From Bergeyella sp. (GTDB lineage: Bacteria; Bacteroidota; Bacteroidia; Flavobacteriales; Weeksellaceae): a DNA stretch of 64,000 bases. Below, in pieces: positions 62,215-64,000 of this stretch (positions are counted from its first letter, which is position 1; every line of letters starts with the position of its first letter). The notes beneath the pieces are model-generated. The model searched no databases. It saw only the letters and a list, made by a program, of their open reading frames with translations, and was not told where the DNA came from. Where the stretch lies: positions 1-64,000 of the forward strand of contig DALZZF010000007.1 in NCBI GenBank assembly GCA_031987605.1. The letters are read 5' to 3'. The position numbers and the translations under genes are program-made.

Positions 62215-63237
62215 ATGGAAAACTTTGAACCTCAAAATCCCGAATCCCAATATACCGCACAAAATCCGCCACAGTTCCAGTCCAGACTGGATTTAACGGA
62301 ACTCCGCGACAGTTTTGAACGCGTAAAAACCGAAATCGGAAAAGTAATCGTAGGACAGGAAAAAATGATCGAACATCTTCTGGCTGCATTGCTTTCCAAT
62401 GGACACGTTCTGATTGAAGGTGTTCCGGGAGTTGCTAAAACCATTACTGCCAAACTCCTCGCAAAAACGATTGATGTGGGGTTCAGCAGAATTCAGTTTA
62501 CACCGGATTTAATGCCTTCCGATATTTTGGGAACAGCGGTTTTCAATGTGAAAACTTCTGAATTTGAATTTAAAAAAGGACCTATTTTCTCCAATTTTAT
62601 CCTGATTGATGAAATCAACAGAGCACCTGCAAAAACCCAAGCCGCACTTTTTGAAGTCATGGAAGAACGCCAGATCACAATGGACGGGCACCGCTACGAA
62701 ATGCAGGAACCGTTTTTGGTGGTCGCCACTCAGAATCCCATTGAGCATGAAGGAACCTATCGCCTTCCGGAAGCGCAACTCGACCGTTTTCTTTTCAAAA
62801 TAGAAGTCGGGTATCCTAATCTTCAAAACGAAATTGAAATCATCAAAAACCAACACCAGAATAAATCAGAAGATAAAACCGATGTGGTACAACAAGTGAT
62901 TTCCGGAAACCAGTTGAAGAAATACCAGAATTTGGTAAAAGAAATCATCATCGAACAAAATCTTATCGAATATATTGCGAAAATCATCGTGAATACACGC
63001 GAAAATCAGTTCCTTTATTTGGGCGCTTCTCCTCGTGCGAGTTTGGCTTTATTAACCGCTTCAAAAGCATTTGCCGCTCTTCGCGGAAGAGATTTTGTAA
63101 CACCGGAAGATATTAAAGAATCCAGTTATGCTGTGCTTCGGCACCGAATCGTTGTTTCCCCGGAACGCGAAATGGAAGGCTTAACCGCCGATGAAATTAT
63201 TCATCAGATTTTGGAAAGCATTGAAATTCCGAGATAA
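62215..63237 (+). CDS. MoxR family AAA+ ATPase
   Basis: Walker A LIEGVPGVAKT, Walker B FILIDEINRA and a sensor region. 340 aa, full length. Confidence 0.9.
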   Translation: MENFEPQNPESQYTAQNPPQFQSRLDLTELRDSFERVKTEIGKVIVGQEKMIEHLLAALLSNGHVLIEGVPGVAKTITAKLLAKTIDVGFSRIQFTPDLMPSDILGTAVFNVKTSEFEFKKGPIFSNFILIDEINRAPAKTQAALFEVMEERQITMDGHRYEMQEPFLVVATQNPIEHEGTYRLPEAQLDRFLFKIEVGYPNLQNEIEIIKNQHQNKSEDKTDVVQQVISGNQLKKYQNLVKEIIIEQNLIEYIAKIIVNTRENQFLYLGASPRASLALLTASKAFAALRGRDFVTPEDIKESSYAVLRHRIVVSPEREMEGLTADEIIHQILESIEIPR

Positions 63238-63254
63238 TAAAATTCCAAAAAAAT

Positions 63255-64000
63255 TTGAAAAATTTATACATCAATACCCGATTTTTCTATCTGCTTTTTG
63301 CAGTTGGATTCCTGTATATTCTGGCATTCTTTTTCCCGATTATAGGGCTTGCTCATGGCGTATTGATCGTTTCTGTACTTCTGCTGCTTCTGGACATATT
63401 CTTAATTTTTATCCAGAAAAATGCAATTCAGGCACAAAGAATTCTACCCGAAAAACTTTCCAACGGAGACCAAAATTCCGTAAAAGTGGATATTAAAAAC
63501 AATTACTTTTTTCCTATTAATGTGAAAGTGATTGATGAAATTCCGTTTCAGTTTCAGAAAAGAGATTTCTTCATCAAAAAGACAATAAAATCCGGTAAAA
63601 ATATCTTCTTTCAATATGTGCTTGAGCCGAAAGAAAGAGGGGAATTCAATTTCGGAAATCTCAATATTTATGCGAGTTCACCTTTAAATTTAGTGGCAAA
63701 AAGATTTCGTTTTCAAAAGGATGAAACACTGCCTTGCTACCCTTCTTTTATTCATCTTCGAAAGTATGAACTGATGGCGCTGCAAAATGAATTTCTTTTA
63801 GGTGGAATAAAAAAAATCCGCAAACTCGGTCATACCATGGAATTTGAGCAAATTCGGGAATATGTGCAGGGAGATGATATCCGAACACTCAACTGGAAAG
63901 CGACTTCCAAACAAAATAAACTCATGGTGAACCAGTATCAGGATGAAAAATCGCAGCGGATTTATATGCTCATCGATAAAGGGCGCACGATGCAGATGCC
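63255..64000 (+). CDS. DUF58 domain protein (partial, continues past the window end). Apparent TTG start
   Basis: The frame carrying the DUF58 signature (GDDIRTLNWKATSK...LMVNQYQDE...IYMLIDKGRTM) is open from the moxR stop to the window end. Its N-terminal TM region has no in-frame ATG. The first plausible start is TTG at 63255 (MKNLYINTRFF...). The ORF-track entry 63191..63496 is in a different frame and is spurious. Confidence 0.6.
   Translation, partial: MKNLYINTRFFYLLFAVGFLYILAFFFPIIGLAHGVLIVSVLLLLLDIFLIFIQKNAIQAQRILPEKLSNGDQNSVKVDIKNNYFFPINVKVIDEIPFQFQKRDFFIKKTIKSGKNIFFQYVLEPKERGEFNFGNLNIYASSPLNLVAKRFRFQKDETLPCYPSFIHLRKYELMALQNEFLLGGIKKIRKLGHTMEFEQIREYVQGDDIRTLNWKATSKQNKLMVNQYQDEKSQRIYMLIDKGRTMQM

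Noticed and set aside
63191-63496. ORF 63191..63496 (101 aa) as the gene following moxR.
   Set aside because: It is in a different frame from the DUF58 signature. The DUF58 frame is open across this region, so the ATG ORF is an overlapping artefact.

Overview
This 64-kb window is AT-rich chromosomal DNA that looks like Flavobacteriia (Chryseobacterium/Elizabethkingia-like). Supporting evidence is Bacteroidetes -7 promoter boxes of the form TAnnTTTG, a T9SS C-terminal sorting domain, and an OmpA protein with TSP3 repeats. Most of the window is housekeeping and envelope genes.

Housekeeping genes include deoD, bshA, nadD, recJ, an ABC-F ATPase, smpB, a YebC regulator, and a tmRNA (ssrA). There are also scattered glycan hydrolases (GH92, GH3, GH63-like, GH20).

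The regions worth a second look are:

1. A tightly packed array of at least 10 tRNA-like genes at 5156-6094. Several are non-canonical. It is followed by a DUF458/YkuK RNase H-like gene, a stand-alone HIRAN-domain gene, pseudo-tRNA fragments and a slipin (SPFH) gene.

2. A methionine-biosynthesis operon on the minus strand (metX, ACT-hom, metB/Z-family, split metH, metF) behind a SAM-I riboswitch. Its intergenic gaps hold a REP-associated tyrosine transposase (RAYT, IS200-like) flanked by REP-like palindromes, plus two further GC-rich or palindromic repeat families.

3. A conserved MoxR-centred operon of unknown function (RDD, SpoIIM-like, membrane protein, DUF4129, DUF4350, MoxR AAA+, DUF58). 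The DUF58 gene appears to start on TTG.

All calls come from reading the sequence and the ORF translations by eye. No database search was run.
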